Positions 60,651-64,000 of a stretch of 64,000 nucleotides of DNA are shown here, piece after piece (position 1 is the first letter of the stretch; each line of letters starts with the position of its first letter). Below the pieces are notes generated by a model, which did no database searches, was not told the DNA's origin, and saw only the letters and a program-made list of their open reading frames with translations. The stretch is taken from NCBI GenBank assembly GCA_963750165.1, contig CAVVPN010000012.1, positions 544,001 through 608,000 of the forward strand, in the 5' to 3' direction. Made by a program: the position numbers and the translations under genes. This DNA is from an uncultured Gemmataceae bacterium (GTDB lineage Bacteria; Planctomycetota; Planctomycetia; Gemmatales; Gemmataceae).

Positions 60651-61517
60651 TTACTCGAGCCAGTTGGAGGGCGGCGGCACGGTGGACTTCGGGCTGTTGA
60701 CCACCGACCACGTTTGCTGGCTCACCGAGGAGCTGACGCCGCGGACACTGCCGTCACCCATGGTGACGTTGGCGGCACCGGAGCTAAACGCCTGCAACAT
60801 GTTGGTGACGCAGCCGACGCCGATACTGCTCGATTGCGGCAGCGGGACCAGGATGCTGGGGGAAAGGGCACCACCGGAGACCACGGAAATGTACGCCGCG
60901 TTGGAACTCTGGTAGCAGGTGATCGTGCCAGTCACCGTGCCGGGGCTGGCCGGGAGCGCGAAGGCGGACAGGCTGCTCCAGGCGCGATAGGTGGTGTTGC
61001 AATAGGCGAAGCCGGTGCCGAACATCACGGTGTTGCTGGTGCCGGCCGGCGCGAAGCCAGCGGGCAGGCGCTGGAACGAGCCGTTGTTGAACAGCTGGGC
61101 GTTGCCGGCGAAGCTGGTGATGCCGATGTTGGCGCTGGTCAGGCCGGTGCCCGGGGCGGTGAAGTCCTGCGGCGAGATGTAGGTCGGAACCACCGAGGCG
61201 AGCAGGCCCTGGTTGTAGACGTTTTCCTGCTCAACGAACGGCAACAGGTGATAGAAGATGCTGACGCTCTTGCCGTTGAGCGGGATGCCGCTCGTCGGCG
61301 TGCCGTTGTACGGCAGCTTGGTGCCGTAGGTGCCGGCGAAGTTGTGGGTCGCCTTGCCCAGCTGGGTCAGGAAGTTGATTGTCTGGGTCCGGGCCGCAGC
61401 TTCACGGACCTTCTGGACGGCTGGTAAGAGCAACCCGATGAGGATGGCGATGATCGCAATCACCACCAGCAGTTCGATCAGCGTGAACGCGGATCGGTTC
61501 TGCCTGCGCAGAGTCAT
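60651..61517 (-). CDS. DUF1559 prepilin-type protein, divergent
   Basis: [40 protein letters not shown]-terminal [16 protein letters not shown] lacks the His of H-X9-DG. Confidence 0.92.
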   Translation of the reverse strand: MTLRRQNRSAFTLIELLVVIAIIAILIGLLLPAVQKVREAAARTQTINFLTQLGKATHNFAGTYGTKLPYNGTPTSGIPLNGKSVSIFYHLLPFVEQENVYNQGLLASVVPTYISPQDFTAPGTGLTSANIGITSFAGNAQLFNNGSFQRLPAGFAPAGTSNTVMFGTGFAYCNTTYRAWSSLSAFALPASPGTVTGTITCYQSSNAAYISVVSGGALSPSILVPLPQSSSIGVGCVTNMLQAFSSGAANVTMGDGSVRGVSSSVSQQTWSVVNSPKSTVPPPSNWLE

Positions 61518-62457
61518 GAGATACCCTTTCTGAGAGGAGCAACGAAGATACAAGCGGGACCGCACCCGCAAACCATCTCGAATGTAGGAGCGAACGGGAC
61601 CGCACCCGTTAGAAGGTCTCAATCACGAAGCACATCAGGAACACCGCAACCGTCCGAGAACCCTGCACCCAGTAAGAATGGCGAGCCAATGGGCGAGCTG
61701 TAAGGGTTCGGCAACGGTTCGGAGCATGCACACTCAAGGTACCACGGACCCCTGTGGAATTTGGGGAAGACTGAATTGAAAGTAAGGCGGTTCACCCAAC
61801 ATGTCAAGCAAAAAAGAGAAAAAACGGTGGAGTTTTTCGTGCAGGTTGCTCAAGTCTTTGTGAAAATTCAGGATGAGGCTCGCGATTGTGACCATCCGGT
61901 AAGGGTTTTTCACCCAGTTGCTGTGCAAAATTCAGCGGGGTCAGGCGGGTGAATTTTCATTTTTGGGGTCGGCGCGGGCTCCTGAGTCGGGGCCGTTTGG
62001 CCCTGCTCTGGGACAGAGACGCCCTTGCCACCCCTGTTTCCCCGAGTTTTCACTGCGGCACCAGCGGAACGACGGCCGCGCCGAGTCGTGGTGCAGGCGT
62101 CTCGCCTCCGGAACTATCCCGGCGAGCGCGGGCGCCAGCCAGCGCCAACCGGTGCAGCAAGGGCGCCGCTTCTCGACGTGTGAAAAAGTTGGCCCCCTTG
62201 GCCTCCTTGGCCCCCTTGCTCGGTCAGGCGGCGACAGCCGAGGACTGGCCGTGCCAGCCGATCCGAACCGCACCACCGCGCAAACCGTTAAAGTCCGCCC
62301 CAGCGCCGGCCGATACGGATGTAAAGAAAGAACGCTGGAGGCGGGACGCGGCGCGACCCCCCACCTCGCGGCGTGGGCGGCCCAGGCGTGGCCGGTTCGC
62401 GGATCGGAATTTCTGGCGGCGCCGCCGCCGGGCGGCTCCAGGAAGGGAGAGGGGGCG

Positions 62458-63036
62458 ATGCGAAACGCGCGATGCTGGTGGCTGCTCGTCGGCGCCCTGC
62501 TGGCGCCGGCCGTGGGCGGTGGTTGTTTCCCGAACCCGTTCTCGATGGGCCTCGGCACACCCATCCCGATCCAGCCCTGGGTGGCCGAGTGGGCCGAGGA
62601 GCGCCTCGGCAACGCCGGCCGAATCGATAACAACACGGTAATCATGCCGGCAATCCCGGCCGGTTATCGGCCGCTGTGCGAGGATCCGCCCGATCGCGCC
62701 TCCATCCTGCGGGCCATGCCGCGGGTGGCGCGCGGCGTGCCGTACTTCTACGAGGAGTTCCGCGACGACTACGAGTTCACGGTCGAGCGCATGGTCGATC
62801 ACATCGATCCGCCGCGCTTCTACCCGCTGGTCGGCCCGGCCCAGCTGCACCACTGCCACTACAAGTGCGTCGTCTACTTCACCGAGACAAAAATGTCGGG
62901 CTACCCGTTCCCGTTCCAGGTCAAGCGGCGCCGCTCCGAGACGGTGTACATTGATCGCGACCATCTGCACGTTGTCGCCTGCACGCCTGAATCACAACAG
63001 GCCGTCACCCGCGACATGACGCAGTATCGACCCTGA
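62458..63036 (+). CDS. Conserved planctomycete hypothetical lipoprotein
   Basis: GGAGAGGGGG SD; signal ending GGGC; IDPPRFYPLVGPAQLHHCHYKC.VYF; VYIDRDHLH. Confidence 0.78.
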   Translation: MRNARCWWLLVGALLAPAVGGGCFPNPFSMGLGTPIPIQPWVAEWAEERLGNAGRIDNNTVIMPAIPAGYRPLCEDPPDRASILRAMPRVARGVPYFYEEFRDDYEFTVERMVDHIDPPRFYPLVGPAQLHHCHYKCVVYFTETKMSGYPFPFQVKRRRSETVYIDRDHLHVVACTPESQQAVTRDMTQYRP

Positions 63037-63140
63037 GGAGTCATTAGTCATTAGTCATTAGTCATTAGTTCACCGGGATAGGGCGCCAGGCGTTTCGCCT
63101 ACCGCTCGAACCCTGAGAACCAATGTCTAATGACTCCTCA
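63034..63140. repeat. AGTCATT heptamer array with inverted partner
   Basis: TGAGG(AGTCATT)x4 ... CTAATGACTCCTCA; same unit as 6732-6842. Confidence 0.85.
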
Positions 63141-63160
63141 GAGGTAAGGAGGAAGAAGCC

Positions 63161-64000
63161 ATGCGCAAGACACTCCGACGCGCCGCCTGGGCGCTCGCGG
63201 TTGGCGCCGGTCTGGGGGCGACGGGACTGGCGGCGGCACAAGCGCCCGAGCGGGAGCTGGTCGGGATGTCGCCGATTCAGGCCGCCACGCCGCGGGCCCG
63301 GGAAATCCGGGTTGAACTGGCCTGGTTGGCCGACCCGCTGACGTTCCCGCACTACTTGAAGGCGCGGGTGACCGGCTCGGGTCTGGAGGTGCGCGGCTAC
63401 CTGCCGACCGCCGCGGTGCGCGACCGGGCGCTGGCCGTGGCCCGCCACCACAGCCCCCTGCCCGTGATCGACCATCTCAAGGTTCACCCGAACATTCCGC
63501 CCCGGTTCGTCTTACCCGACCCGAACCTGGCCGAGACCGTGCAGACCGCCCTGGAGGGCGTGCTGCCGGCAGGAGCCACCGTGAGCGTGCGATGCCTGGC
63601 CCCGGGGTGCGTTGCGCTCGTCGGCTCGGTTGGGTCGCCGGAGGAGCAACTCGCGGTTTGCCGGGCGCTGCGGCGCGTGGACGGCTGCGCCAGTGTCACC
63701 TGTCAGCTCCAGGCCGCGGCGTTCGCCGCACCGGCGCCGGCCCCGGCTCCGGTCGCGATGAACCAGTTGCAGATTCGGCCCCAGCAGGTGACCGCCCAGT
63801 ACACACCGTTGCCCGTGCCGATACAGACGCCGTCGCCTCCCGCCGCGGCGGTCAGGCGGCCGACCGGGGTTGAGAAGACAATGCCCTACACGTTGCCGTC
63901 GCCGCCGCCCATGATATCGATGGACGTGCCGGTGCCGCCGGTGCCGCCCGTGGTTCAGGCCGTGCCAACCATGCCGCCGCCGGCCAAGCAGACAGCGCCG
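63161..64000 (+). CDS. Exported BON-domain-like protein with Pro-rich region, runs off window
   Basis: Manual translation MRKTLRRAAWALAVGAGLG...VELAWLADPLTFP...LEVRGYLPTAAVRDRAL.VAR; AAGGAGG SD; absent from the ORF track because there is no stop. Confidence 0.75.
   Translation, partial: MRKTLRRAAWALAVGAGLGATGLAAAQAPERELVGMSPIQAATPRAREIRVELAWLADPLTFPHYLKARVTGSGLEVRGYLPTAAVRDRALAVARHHSPLPVIDHLKVHPNIPPRFVLPDPNLAETVQTALEGVLPAGATVSVRCLAPGCVALVGSVGSPEEQLAVCRALRRVDGCASVTCQLQAAAFAAPAPAPAPVAMNQLQIRPQQVTAQYTPLPVPIQTPSPPAAAVRRPTGVEKTMPYTLPSPPPMISMDVPVPPVPPVVQAVPTMPPPAKQTAP

Noticed and set aside
61918..62457. 180-aa N-terminal extension of the lipoprotein ORF
   Set aside because: Strong SD and signal peptide begin at ATG 62458; the upstream part crosses a 9-mer repeat and looks non-coding

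Overview
High-GC bacterial DNA from the Planctomycetota, probably Gemmataceae-like, inferred from three DUF1559 prepilin-like genes, two PSD1/DUF1553+DUF1501 pairs, an LEPRxLL-type giant protein and a PEP-CTERM protein. 1-11.3 kb is mostly housekeeping: a DUF2344 end, RNase E/G, a RavA-like AAA+ ATPase, a methyltransferase, rlmN, an ECF sigma/anti-sigma locus and a DUF1559+lipoprotein pair. 11.4-28.5 kb holds the most striking locus, a 5443-aa secreted mosaic protein with beta-helix repeats, a ~5.4 kb internal duplication, phage-like modules, three cohesin-like and two dockerin-like modules. It is followed by a small cohesin-like PEP-CTERM protein that could tether it to the cell surface. 28.7-40.3 kb is accessory: a DUF1559/beta-propeller/amidohydrolase/vitamin-K carboxylase-like gene run, an IS graveyard (one intact IS701-like element; IS66, IS1380 and IS701 fragments; a broken chagasin+papain pair), and a tRNA-Arg(TCT) 5' half beside an integrase remnant. 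40.5-64 kb holds eboE, a USP, an orphan DNA MTase, GntR with two PSD1/DUF1501 pairs, an AAA_21+DUF4276 pair, ispD and other planctomycete genes. Several frameshifts in conserved genes look like sequencing indels. All family calls come from motif recognition by eye; no searches were run.
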